Shown here: in pieces, positions 1 through 12,030 of the stretch
How the letters are laid out: each line of letters starts with the position of its first letter
How positions within the stretch are numbered: position 1 is the stretch's first letter
Source of the DNA: an uncultured bacterium
GTDB lineage: Bacteria > SAR324 > NAC60-12
Reading direction: 5' to 3'
DNA: 64,000 bases
Assembly (NCBI GenBank): GCA_965662235.1
Contig: CBFIGY010000001.1
Coordinates: 288,001 to 352,000 of the forward strand
Notes under the pieces: model-generated
Databases searched by the model: none
Told to the model about the DNA's origin: nothing
Seen by the model: the letters and a program-made list of their open reading frames with translations, nothing else
Position numbers and translations under genes: made by a program

Positions 1-2
1 CA

Positions 3-305
3 GGAATCTCCCGGCACATCTGCACGCCTCAGGAGCTTGACGTCTGGAACGCCCTTCCTGCCGAACAACAGGACGAGCACCTGAAGCTCCTCTTTTCTGC
101 AAAGGAGACGATCTACAAAAGCCTCCATCCACAGCTTCGGGTTCCCATTGGCTTTCAAGACGCCGACCTTCGTTTTGAGGAAGCCCGCTTTCACTTCACC
201 CTGACTCGGTCCCTGGCCCCCGGATTTCCAGCAGGGTTCACCGCCTGGGGAAAGTGGCACCAGACCTCGGATTTCATCCTCACGTCGCTGTTGATCCCAA
301 TTTAA
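3..305 (+). CDS. 4'-phosphopantetheinyl transferase (EntD/Sfp family), 5'-truncated by the window edge
   Basis: Manual translation of frame 3 is open from position 3 to TAA at 303-305 and contains LFSAKETIYKSLHP, matching the (F/W)SxKEx2YK PPTase signature. Not in the ORF track because its start is outside the window. Confidence 0.8.
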   Translation, partial: GISRHICTPQELDVWNALPAEQQDEHLKLLFSAKETIYKSLHPQLRVPIGFQDADLRFEEARFHFTLTRSLAPGFPAGFTAWGKWHQTSDFILTSLLIPI

Positions 306-551
306 TTTCAGTAGGTTAGCTGAGTTCTGAACAGAGCTTCGACAAACCTTCGACAGGTATCGACAATTTATCGACACCCTGTCTGAGAGTATTGGGTTTT
401 TTCAGACGATTTGGTATCGTGACAGGTCTCAATTGTTGATATCAACACCCCTTCAAAAATCCGGATTCCCCAAAAATCATTTGAATTCAGATTCTTGGAG
501 AGTTTTCGACAGAATCGACACCCTCTACTGACACTAATCTAATAAGGACTA
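306..551. other. Putative chromosomal replication origin (oriC)
   Basis: AT-rich gap directly upstream of dnaN with six NNWTCGACA 9-mers (336, 347, 357, 368, 503, 512) resembling the DnaA box TTATCCACA. The last tandem pair is followed by CCCT and a CTA/CTG trinucleotide tract. Confidence 0.7.
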
Positions 552-1667
552 ATGGAAATCTTAATTAAACAGGAAGTACTGAAGGGGGCTCTTCAGAACC
601 TGATCTCGGTGATTGATAAAAGTTCAGCCAAGCCGATCCTGTCGAATTTCCTCATGCAGGCTCTTCCGGAAGAGGGGGTGGTCGAGTTTCAGGCCACCGA
701 TCATGAGCTGTCTCTGATTGAGCGCTTCCCTGCCAAGGTGAATGCCGGTGGAAGCATGTGCGTCAACGCCCGCAAGATGTACGACATCAGCCGGGAGTTC
801 CAGGAAGATGAAGTCAAGATTCAGTCCACCGAGCAGCTCTGGATTCACGTTAGCTGCGGAAAGTCTCAGCTCCGGTTGCCTTCAGTGGACGTGGGGCTCT
901 ACCCCCAAACGGCCATGGAAGACCTGGCTGGAAAGGCGACGGTCTCAGTGGAGAGCCTCAAACGGGCCATTGACATGACGCTGTTTGCTGCACAGACCAA
1001 TGAATCTCGCCGGAACCTGATGGGGGTGAACCTGTCTTCCAAAGAAGGAGCCACCCGCTGGCTGGCCACCGATGGTCATCGTCTAGCGCAGATGCTGTTG
1101 CCGGTGGAATCGTTGGCAATGGGAGAGGTGGAGGATGTCATCATTCCCCGAAAGGCGCTCAATGAGGTCCGGCGTTCAGCAGACCTGTTTGGCGAACAGG
1201 TTCAGATCTCGTTTGACGAGCGGGTGATGCAGTTTTCCGGAGAGTCCATTGTCTACAAGGCCCGGCTCATTGAGGGAAAGTTCCCCAACTGCGACCCGAT
1301 CATTCCCAAAGACAACGCACTGATTGTCACCGTTGAGCGAGAGCGCCTGATGAATTCGCTGCGGATCGTTTCGTCTATCAGCGCTGAGAAGCTCAAGCCC
1401 GTTAAGATTACCCTTGGTCCAAACCGGATGCTGCTGGAAAGCGAGAAGACCGACTACGGAGAAGTCAGTGACGAGCTGGAGGCGACCTATGAAGGGGAGG
1501 ACTTTCAGATTGGCTTCAACTCCCGCTACCTGCTGGACGTCCTGAGTGTCATGGAAGCGGAGAAGGTGCAGATGGAGTTCAAGAACCCCATGAGCCCGAC
1601 GGTCTTGCGGGAATCCGGAAAGAATGAGTTCCTGTCGGTGATCATGCCCTTGCGAATTGAATGGTAA
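552..1667 (+). CDS. dnaN: DNA polymerase III beta sliding clamp
   Basis: 371 aa; PILSN, ATDGHRLA, GFNSRYL and C-terminal IMPLR motifs; AAGGA RBS; precedes recF-gyrB. Confidence 0.97.
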   Translation: MEILIKQEVLKGALQNLISVIDKSSAKPILSNFLMQALPEEGVVEFQATDHELSLIERFPAKVNAGGSMCVNARKMYDISREFQEDEVKIQSTEQLWIHVSCGKSQLRLPSVDVGLYPQTAMEDLAGKATVSVESLKRAIDMTLFAAQTNESRRNLMGVNLSSKEGATRWLATDGHRLAQMLLPVESLAMGEVEDVIIPRKALNEVRRSADLFGEQVQISFDERVMQFSGESIVYKARLIEGKFPNCDPIIPKDNALIVTVERERLMNSLRIVSSISAEKLKPVKITLGPNRMLLESEKTDYGEVSDELEATYEGEDFQIGFNSRYLLDVLSVMEAEKVQMEFKNPMSPTVLRESGKNEFLSVIMPLRIEW

Positions 1668-2725
1668 TTCGGGAACTGGAGCTTTCCTGCTTCCGTAATT
1701 ATCAGCAGCAGCAGGTCTCCTTCAGTCCCGGTGTGAACTGGATTTCCGGACGCAACGGACAGGGTAAGACCAATCTGGTGGAAGCCGTTCACTACCTCTG
1801 CAACCTGGAATCCTTCCGGACCCGGAAACTCACTCAGCTCATTCAGGCGTCCGAGTCTCTCGCAGCACTGACCGCACAGATTGAAAGCCGAGAGGTGCTT
1901 CGGCACTGCCGCATCGCTATCACGTCAAAGGGGCGTCAGGTGTTTCTGGACCGTCAGCCCCTCCAGCGCGTTTCTGAGTACGTGCTGGCCTTCATGGCCC
2001 TCATCTTTACTCCGGAAGACGTCAACCTCTTTCGCAGCCTCCCCGGAGAGCGGAGACGGTTTTTCAACCGCATCCTTTCCTTCCTCGACCCCGTTCACCT
2101 GGAAGCCCTGCAGCAGTACGCTCAGGCGCTGGCTCAGAAAAATGCGCTGCTGAAGCAGCATTCGCCTGGAAACCTATCGGTCTGGAATGAGCTGCTGGTC
2201 CGCTATGGTGTTGTTTTAACACGAAAACGTCGTGCGTTTGTGGAGCTCCTGAACCCCTTGCTGGGGGAGGCGTTTCGAAACATGTCCGGACGGTCTGAAA
2301 CGCTGCTTCTGGAGTACCTGCCCAGCCTTTCTGAAGAAGAAGCTCAGGCTCAAAAGCAACTGGAAGAAGGGCGGCACCGAGAGCAGCACTATGGCCACGC
2401 GCTGCTGGGACCTCACCGGGATGATTTTCGTTTAAGCCTAGACGGAAAACCGGATCGAGAGTTCTTTTCCCAAGGTGAGTTTCGACTGACAAATTTGTCT
2501 TTGAAGATTGCCATAAATGCGGTATTATCAGAAAGATATGGTTATCAGCCAGCCTTGATTCTAGATGACCTCTTTTCGGAGCTGGATCCTTTGATCTGCC
2601 AAGGGGTTTTGACCCACTTGGGTCAGCTGAACAATCAGGTCTTCATCACTTCGACGAGTCATCCTTCGCCGCAATCCTTCCCGATTCAGACCTTTCGTAT
2701 CGAGCACGGCTTTTTGCAGTCCTGA
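1661..2725 (+). CDS. recF: DNA replication and repair protein RecF
   Basis: Walker A GRNGQGKTN, GPHRDD, SQGE and LILDDLFSELD motifs; synteny with dnaN and gyrB. Confidence 0.96.
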   Translation: MVIRELELSCFRNYQQQQVSFSPGVNWISGRNGQGKTNLVEAVHYLCNLESFRTRKLTQLIQASESLAALTAQIESREVLRHCRIAITSKGRQVFLDRQPLQRVSEYVLAFMALIFTPEDVNLFRSLPGERRRFFNRILSFLDPVHLEALQQYAQALAQKNALLKQHSPGNLSVWNELLVRYGVVLTRKRRAFVELLNPLLGEAFRNMSGRSETLLLEYLPSLSEEEAQAQKQLEEGRHREQHYGHALLGPHRDDFRLSLDGKPDREFFSQGEFRLTNLSLKIAINAVLSERYGYQPALILDDLFSELDPLICQGVLTHLGQLNNQVFITSTSHPSPQSFPIQTFRIEHGFLQS

Positions 2726-2756
2726 GGAGTCAGGAAAGTCGCTTCGGCAACCCTAG

Positions 2757-5185
<2,429 letters not shown>

Positions 5186-5186
<1 letters not shown>

Positions 5187-6541
5187 TGGCAAAAAGCTAT
5201 GCCGTGGTCGCCATTGTCGGGCGACCCAATGTGGGAAAGTCGTCTCTGTTCAACCGCCTAGTGGGACGTCGAACCGCTATTGTGGAAGACACTCCTGGAG
5301 TCACCCGGGACCGAAACTATGGAATGGCCAAGTACGGGCCCCATCGGTTTTTGGTGATTGACACCGGAGGCTTTGAGCCACTTTCCGAAGACAACGTCAT
5401 GAAGCAAATGCGCGAGCAGGCGCTTCTGGCAGTGGAGGAAGCCGACGCCATCATCCAGCTAGTGGACGCCCGAGAGGGCATGACGCCTGCGGATGAAGAG
5501 GTCTACCGGGCCTTGAGTCAGTCGGAAAAGCCATTGGTGGTTGCGGCAAACAAGGTGGACAATTCCCGCTTGGAAGACGAAAGCACCGAGTTTTACGCGC
5601 TTGGCCTGGAACGCCTGTTCTCGATTTCAGTCCTCCACAACACCGGCATTCTGGAACTGCTGGACGAGGTGCACTTCTGGGTGCCTCTGAAAGGCAGCAA
5701 GGAGAAGGTGGAGGATGGAACCGTCCGGGTTGCGGTGATTGGCAAGCCCAACGCCGGAAAGTCTTCCCTGGTCAATGCCATGCTCCGGGAAGAGCGGATG
5801 GTGGTGGATGCAATTGCTGGAACCACTCGGGATGCAGTGGACTCCTTCTGTCGCTACCATGGCCGGGACTTCAAGCTGGTTGATACCGCCGGAATCCGTC
5901 GCAAGGGCCGGGTCAGTCAGAAGATTGAAACCTACAGCGTGGTCTCGGCGCTCAAGTCCATGGAGCGGGCAGAGGTTGCGGTGCTGGTGATTGACGCAAC
6001 AGAAGGCGTCACAGAGCAGGTGGCGCACATCGCGGGGTACGCGCTGGAGCGCAAGCGGGCGTTGGTGCTTGTGGTCAACAAGTGGGACCTGATTGAAAAA
6101 GACGGCAAGACGATGAAGCACTTTGAGGAAGAGGTCCGGGACCGCCTAGCGTTCGTTGACTTTGCCCCCATGCTGTTTGTCAGCGCCAAAACCCTGCAGC
6201 GTGTTCCCAAGGTTTTTGAGGCGATCCTCAGCGTTTATGAACAGTTCTACCGGCGAATTCAGACCTCAGACCTGAACACGGTTTTGGAGATGGTGGTGGG
6301 CAAGCATCCGCCTCCTTCCATGTATGGTCGGCAAACCAAGGTGTACTTCGGCAGTCAGGTCAGTGTGGCGCCCCCAACGTTTGTGCTCATGACCAATCAT
6401 CCGGAGAAGACCAACTATTCTTACGAACGCTACATGGTCAACCAGTTCCGTTACCACTTCGGATTCGAAGGGACTCCGTTGAGCATCATCTGGCGTAAGA
6501 AGCACACGGAGCGTCCGGACCGTCGCTCCGCGAAAAAGTGA
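5186..6541 (+). CDS. der: Ribosome biogenesis GTPase Der (EngA)
   Basis: Two GTPase domains (GRPNVGKS, GKPNAGKS), DTGG/DTAG, NKVD/NKWD; C-terminal KH-like FGFEGTP. Confidence 0.97.
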
Positions 6542-6544
6542 GCA

Positions 6545-7705
6545 ATGACGCACTTCCTCTGGAAAGGTTCTGATTTTTCAGGGAAGGACCTCGAAGGGGC
6601 AGAAGAAAGTGCCTCCGCCACAACCCTCCGTCATCACCTCCACGCTCAAGGGGTGTACCGCATCAGGCTGCACCCCCTCTACGCCTTTTCCTGGAAGCAT
6701 CCCCTCTCAGAAGCCCAAATCATCGACTGGTTGGAGCAACTTCAGCAGCTGCTCCAGGCTCACCTGCGCCTGACGGAGGCCATCAGCCTGATTGCGGAAA
6801 CCCGCCGCAACCCGCTGCTCCGGTACCGGTGGCGACGGATGCATCAGGCCCTGAACTCCGGGCAGGCATTCAGTGAGGCGCTGGAACGGTTCGGAGGCAT
6901 GCCCAGGTGGGTGACTCAGCTGATTCGGGTGGCAGAGGCAACGGATCGGCTTCCGGACGTGCTGAAGGGGCTGGTCGAGTTCTATCAGTTCAAACGAGAG
7001 GTGGCTCAGGAGCGTCAGAAGGTGGCAAGCTACCCGCTCCTTGTCCTCACCAGCTTCCTGTTCATCACCTTGGGAATCCTCCTCTTCATCATTCCCATGT
7101 TTCACCGCATTTATCAGCGCTTTGGGACTGATCTGTTTTGGGGAACGGCTTTGCTGCAGAGCCTGAGCAATGGACTCCGCGGGCATCCGTTGCTTGCTGC
7201 CGGAGTGGCCGGAGGCATCGCTGGTGCCGGGGTGTGGTATCACCGGCAAGGAGAAGGGTTCTGGCGCTGGCTTCCGGGAGGCGCTCGTCTGGTCCGGGAG
7301 AGCCGGCTCATGTTCTACAGTACGGCCATGAACCTGCTGCTGCGCTCTCGTTTGAATCTGCAGGAAGCCCTCCCGCTGGCAACGGAACTGCTAGGACCCC
7401 AGCATCATTCGCTGCAAAAGGTTCGAGAAGAACTGCTTGCGGGCGTCGCGCCAGCAGAGGCCTTTCGTCATGCTTCTTGGGCCTCTGCTTCCTTCTTGAG
7501 AATGGTGGCGCTCGCTGATGAAAGCGGGAACCTGGCTGAAGGGTTCCGGCAGCACAGCCTCTCCCTGAGGGACCAACTCAAGGTCCGGATGAACTGGATG
7601 AATGCGCTGCTGGGACCGTTGCTGATGCTAGGGGTTGCGCTGGGGGTGCTGTTCATCTTGCTTTCGGTGTACCTTCCCCTGTTCCGGGTGGTGGACTACT
7701 ACTGA
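6545..7705 (+). CDS. Type II secretion/type IV pilus platform protein (GspF/PilC family)
   Basis: Duplicated T2SSF domains (GQAFSEAL..AEATDRL; MVALADESGNL), YP followed by a TM helix, C-terminal TM ending YLPLF. Confidence 0.85.
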   Translation: MTHFLWKGSDFSGKDLEGAEESASATTLRHHLHAQGVYRIRLHPLYAFSWKHPLSEAQIIDWLEQLQQLLQAHLRLTEAISLIAETRRNPLLRYRWRRMHQALNSGQAFSEALERFGGMPRWVTQLIRVAEATDRLPDVLKGLVEFYQFKREVAQERQKVASYPLLVLTSFLFITLGILLFIIPMFHRIYQRFGTDLFWGTALLQSLSNGLRGHPLLAAGVAGGIAGAGVWYHRQGEGFWRWLPGGARLVRESRLMFYSTAMNLLLRSRLNLQEALPLATELLGPQHHSLQKVREELLAGVAPAEAFRHASWASASFLRMVALADESGNLAEGFRQHSLSLRDQLKVRMNWMNALLGPLLMLGVALGVLFILLSVYLPLFRVVDYY

Positions 7706-7707
7706 GT

Positions 7708-8598
7708 TCAGGGGCTGGCGCGGTTGACCTTGCTCTGAGAGGGCTTCCCAATTGCCTGACAGATGAAGCGCCCGGTTTCAATGAGCTGGGGCAGGTTGAG
7801 TCCTGTTTCAACCTCTAGCCCCTGAAGCAGGTAAACAACGTCTTCTGTGGCCACATTTCCACTGGCACCTTGCGCATACGGGCATCCTCCGAGCCCAGAA
7901 ACAGAGGCATCAATCACCTGCACTCCCACTTCGAGTCCGGCATACAGATTGGCCAGGGCCTGTCCTCGGGTGTCGTGAAAGTGCAGCGCCAGCTGATCCA
8001 GAGGCACTTCCTGAGCAACGGCTTCAATGAGGCGCTGAGCCTTCCGGGGCGTTCCCAGACCAATGGTATCTCCGAGCGAAATCTCGTAGCATCCCAAGCG
8101 CGTCAGTTCCTTTGCCAGAGCCACCACTGCCTCCGGCGCCACTGCTCCCTCGTATGGGCATCCCAGCACACAGGAAATGTACCCGCGGACGGGAAGGTCC
8201 AGTCCCCGCGCTTGCTCCAGAATGGGACGGAAGCGCTCCAGCGATTCCTCAATGGAGCAGTTGAGGTTCTTCTGAGAGAAGGTCTCAGAGGCGGCTGCAA
8301 AGACCGCCACTTCCTGAGCGTCAGCCTCCAAGGCCCGTTGAAAGCCCTGCAGGTTGGGTGTCAGGACAGAAAGCTGCACTCCCGGAAGGGGGCCGACCTG
8401 CTGCAGCACCTGAGAGGCGTCTCGCATCTGCGGCACCCACTTGGGACTGACGAAGCTTGCAGCCTCAATCGCTGTCAGTCCACACTGCGCAAGCTTCCGG
8501 ATGAACTCGACCTTGATGTCGGTGGCCACCCAGACGGCTTCATTCTGCAGCCCGTCCCGGGGGCCGACTTCAACGATTTTGACAAATTCAGGCAACAT
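7708..8598 (-). CDS. hmgL: Hydroxymethylglutaryl-CoA lyase
   Basis: VEVGPRDGLQNE, HFHDT and GLGGCPYA motifs; start placed at ATG 8598 (MLPEFVK). Confidence 0.93.
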   Translation of the reverse strand: MLPEFVKIVEVGPRDGLQNEAVWVATDIKVEFIRKLAQCGLTAIEAASFVSPKWVPQMRDASQVLQQVGPLPGVQLSVLTPNLQGFQRALEADAQEVAVFAAASETFSQKNLNCSIEESLERFRPILEQARGLDLPVRGYISCVLGCPYEGAVAPEAVVALAKELTRLGCYEISLGDTIGLGTPRKAQRLIEAVAQEVPLDQLALHFHDTRGQALANLYAGLEVGVQVIDASVSGLGGCPYAQGASGNVATEDVVYLLQGLEVETGLNLPQLIETGRFICQAIGKPSQSKVNRASP

Positions 8599-8807
8599 GG
8601 CTTCTGGCTCAGTGGTCGGTGAAGAAAAAATCCTTCCAAAATCCGGGAACGTTTCCCAGAGGAAAGAGGCGGGCCCAGAGGGCAACGGGCCTCGGATGAC
8701 TTGGAAAAAGCTTGAAGCTCTCCCGGATATTTCTTAAAAATCAATGTTTGCCTCCGTTTATCTTTAAGCATTTCAATCCCTGACCTCACTTCCGTAAACG
8801 GGCTCCC

Positions 8808-10316
8808 TTGCTCTGTCGAGACTCACTTTCAAAAGCACTCCTTAGCCTCACGCTGCTCCTCTCCCTCTCCCCCACTTTGAGCATTGCCCAAACGAACTTC
8901 ATTCCCCTGGAACGAGGCGATGTGCGGGAACGGGAGGAGCGCCTGATGTTCACGCCTGGGGTCCAGCTTTCAGGCGACTTTCGCTTCCGGACCAGCCTGA
9001 TCAGTGGATCGGAGCTTCCGGAGTCCCGCCCTGGCACCAACTCTCCTGAAGAGTTCTCATTCGACCAGGACGTCCGGCTCAAGATGCAGACCATTGTGCA
9101 CCCGATGACCACAATGGTGCTGGAGCTGGCCACTGCTCAGGAACCTTATTACCAGTCGGACCTCCGGGACTCCAGCGCCAACCGCGTGGGAGAACCGGAC
9201 TCTCAGACGATCGCGCTGACGGCCCGCCAGTCGTACCTGGACCTAAACTTCAACCCCCGGAACACCCTGCGGATTGGCAAGCAGGAGGTCAACGTGGGAG
9301 ACCGACGCGGAAAGGTCTTTAACGGCGTGTTGACCGGATTTGCTCAGCCCAAGTGCCGCACCGGGACCTGGTGCTACGAGTTCGGAGGCTACAAGCTTTC
9401 AACCGCAGACTCTGATTGGCTCTATTCGCTTTCATTGGACTACCCCTTTGTCTATCAGGTGGATGCCAATGACAATCCTCTGAACGTCATTCGCGCCGAG
9501 CTGTTCCGCATCAAGTACACCGAGCATGACATTCCGGTAGGAGCCCACCTGCACCCTGCCATGCGTCCGACAGATGACAACAGCACTGCAGGATTGTTCA
9601 CCACCAGCACCGGAGATGCGCTTTACTACAATGCGCATGAGCAGGAATACTTCGGAATTCGCTTTCTCTGGGACACCCCAGGCTTCCGGTTCTACTTTGA
9701 CGCCACGTCCAACATCGGAAACCGCCGCTACTTCGTGGCGTCTGATCGCAACACTCAGGAGCCTTACAAGGTCCGTGGAGTGGCCACCGAGTGGGAGCTG
9801 ACCTACAAAACCCGAGACGGCGAGCTTAGCCTGCTGTTCATGGGAGCGCAAGGGGACAAGGAGCTTGACAATCAGACTGCGAACTACCAACGGGCTCTGG
9901 AAGGCTACTACGAAATTGTTCCGGGAACGTACCAAGGGACCCAGTTCTACTTCAATGGGGGCAGCACCGACCTGAACAGCGGAACCGGACTGGGGCATTC
10001 AATCAACAACACTCAGCTGCTCGGACTGCGTTACCTGTATCGGGTTCCGGAGAGCGACCTGATTTACCACTTTGGGCTGTACCAGCTGAAGCACCTGCAG
10101 CCGGTTCTGAGCACAGAAGGCAACCCGGTCAAAGAGATTGGGGTGGAGTGGGACAACACCTTCTCCTTTCCGCTGGCCAAGCACGTCAAGGCCGACTTGG
10201 ACCTCAACGTGTTCCAGATGGCCCCAGCCTTCCGGTACCGAGACGCCGATGCGCCCCTTGGGAAAAATGGCGAGCTGCTGACCCACGTGGCCGGACGCCT
10301 GATTTACTCATTCTGA
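8808..10316 (+). CDS. Exported outer-membrane beta-barrel protein (alginate-export/porin-like), function unknown
   Basis: Signal-peptide-like N-terminus, LSGDFRFR first-strand motif, aromatic alternating strands, C-terminal RLIYSF with terminal Phe. TTG start uncertain. Confidence 0.65.
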   Translation: MLCRDSLSKALLSLTLLLSLSPTLSIAQTNFIPLERGDVREREERLMFTPGVQLSGDFRFRTSLISGSELPESRPGTNSPEEFSFDQDVRLKMQTIVHPMTTMVLELATAQEPYYQSDLRDSSANRVGEPDSQTIALTARQSYLDLNFNPRNTLRIGKQEVNVGDRRGKVFNGVLTGFAQPKCRTGTWCYEFGGYKLSTADSDWLYSLSLDYPFVYQVDANDNPLNVIRAELFRIKYTEHDIPVGAHLHPAMRPTDDNSTAGLFTTSTGDALYYNAHEQEYFGIRFLWDTPGFRFYFDATSNIGNRRYFVASDRNTQEPYKVRGVATEWELTYKTRDGELSLLFMGAQGDKELDNQTANYQRALEGYYEIVPGTYQGTQFYFNGGSTDLNSGTGLGHSINNTQLLGLRYLYRVPESDLIYHFGLYQLKHLQPVLSTEGNPVKEIGVEWDNTFSFPLAKHVKADLDLNVFQMAPAFRYRDADAPLGKNGELLTHVAGRLIYSF

Positions 10317-10325
10317 CGGAACACC

Positions 10326-10916
10326 ATGACGGACCGCATCGCTGAGCTGGAACGAGTCACCAAGGAGACACGCATTCAGGTCAAAGTGAATCTGGACGGA
10401 ACCGGGCAGCAGGACATCCACACCGGAATTGGATTCCTGGACCACATGCTCCAGCAGCTGGCCTTTCATGGCCTACTGGACCTCGTGGTGCAGTGTGAAG
10501 GAGACCTGCACATCGACGGACACCATACCACCGAAGACATTGCTCTTGCGTTGGGACAGGCCGTTTTGGAAGCCCTTGGGACGAAGCAGGGCATTCAGCG
10601 CTACGGACACGCCTATGTGCCCATGGATGAGGCGCTGCTCCGGTGTGTGCTGGACCTTTCCGGACGTCCGGACTTTGTGATGCAGGGGCAGTTCACTCAA
10701 CCGATGATCGGGGAGCTGGACACTCAGCTGATTCCGCACTTTTTCAAGTCCTTTGCCATTGCCTCCAAGACCACCCTGCACCTGGCGATTCTCTATGGAG
10801 AAAACGACCACCACAAGTGTGAAGGACTGTTCAAGGCGTTTGCTCGGGCGCTCCGTCAAGCTGTTGAAGCCGACCCTCGACGCGGAGAAGTGACGTCGAC
10901 CAAGGGAGTGCTCTGA
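10326..10916 (+). CDS. hisB: Imidazoleglycerol-phosphate dehydratase
   Basis: TKET, FLDHML, DGHHTTED, PMDEAL and NDHHKCE motifs. Confidence 0.97.
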   Translation: MTDRIAELERVTKETRIQVKVNLDGTGQQDIHTGIGFLDHMLQQLAFHGLLDLVVQCEGDLHIDGHHTTEDIALALGQAVLEALGTKQGIQRYGHAYVPMDEALLRCVLDLSGRPDFVMQGQFTQPMIGELDTQLIPHFFKSFAIASKTTLHLAILYGENDHHKCEGLFKAFARALRQAVEADPRRGEVTSTKGVL

Positions 10917-10917
10917 C

Positions 10918-11523
10918 ATGACCAATGTCATCATTGACTACAACGTCGGAAACCTGGCCAATCTGAAAAACGCCCTGGATTTCATTGAGGCTGATGTGGA
11001 AGTGGTACGGACTCCGGAGCCCATTCTGCACGCCTCCCGTATCCTTCTTCCCGGAGTGGGCGCTTTTGGTCCTGCCATGCAGCACCTCAAGGACTCTGGA
11101 ATGCTGGAAGCCATTGAGGCACGAAGGCAGGCTGGGGTTCCTCTGCTTGGCATCTGCGTGGGCGCTCAGCTGCTGCTCGAGGAAGGCGAAGAGGATGGTC
11201 CGTTTGCCGGGTTGGGTTGGATTCCAGGAACCGTTCAGCGCTTTCGGCACCAGCTCAAGGTCCCTCAGATCGGCTGGAATGCCGTCCGTCCGCTTCAGGA
11301 AGATCCGTTGCTGACGGGAATTGCGTCCGGAAGCTACTTCTACTTTGTGCACTCCTACCACATGCAGCCCACTCATCCGGAGCAGGTGCTGGCGGAGACC
11401 GACTACGGCTACGCCTTTGCCTCGGTGGTCCGTCGAGACAACGTCTGGGGCGTCCAGTTCCATCCGGAGAAGAGCCAAAACGCAGGGCTTCAGCTCCTCA
11501 AGAACTTTTGCACGCTGACCTGA
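10918..11523 (+). CDS. hisH: Imidazole glycerol phosphate synthase glutaminase subunit
   Basis: LPGVG, GICVG, YFVHSY and QFHPEKS motifs. Confidence 0.96.
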   Translation: MTNVIIDYNVGNLANLKNALDFIEADVEVVRTPEPILHASRILLPGVGAFGPAMQHLKDSGMLEAIEARRQAGVPLLGICVGAQLLLEEGEEDGPFAGLGWIPGTVQRFRHQLKVPQIGWNAVRPLQEDPLLTGIASGSYFYFVHSYHMQPTHPEQVLAETDYGYAFASVVRRDNVWGVQFHPEKSQNAGLQLLKNFCTLT

Positions 11524-11562
11524 ACCGGTCAGTTCTTTTCAACCCTAGCCAATCAATCCGAA

Positions 11563-11994
11563 ATGGCCATTGAGCAAACCCTCTCGATCATCAAGCCTGA
11601 TGGTGTGGAACGAAACCTTGTGGGAAGCATCCTGCAACGCTTTGAGCAAAACGGACTGCGCATCGTCGCAACAAAGATGAAGCACCTCTCGCTTCGGGAA
11701 GCCGAAGGGTTCTATGACGTTCACCGGGAGCGCCCCTTCTTTGGGGAACTGACCGAGTTCATGACCCGGAGCCCTGTGGTGGTGACCGTCTTGGAAGGAG
11801 AGAACGCTGTGGCCAAGCACCGCGAGGTGATGGGCGCGACCAACCCTGCAGAAGCTGCAGAAGGTACCATTCGCAAGGACTTCGCCCAGAGCATTGGAGA
11901 GAACACGGTTCACGGCTCGGACAGCCTGGAGAATGCGGCAATTGAAATTGCCTACTTCTTTTCAACCACTGAGTTGGTGAACTCCGGTCAGTAA
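11563..11994 (+). CDS. ndk: Nucleoside diphosphate kinase
   Basis: IIKPDGV, GATNP, GTIR and NTVHGSDS motifs. Confidence 0.98.
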   Translation: MAIEQTLSIIKPDGVERNLVGSILQRFEQNGLRIVATKMKHLSLREAEGFYDVHRERPFFGELTEFMTRSPVVVTVLEGENAVAKHREVMGATNPAEAAEGTIRKDFAQSIGENTVHGSDSLENAAIEIAYFFSTTELVNSGQ

Positions 11995-12002
11995 GACCGG
12001 CT

Positions 12003-12024
12003 CGGCTCTTCTCCGGAAGAGCCG
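12003..12024. terminator. Hairpin between convergent ndk and engB (probably bidirectional terminator)
   Basis: Perfect 9-bp stem CGGCTCTTC-TCCG-GAAGAGCCG; U-tracts are weak. Confidence 0.6.
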
Positions 12025-12030
12025 TTCAGT

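Noticed and set aside
336..376. Short repeats considered as a CRISPR array or plasmid iterons
   Set aside because: The units are 9-11 bp with no spacers, there is no cas or rep gene, and the context is chromosomal dnaN.
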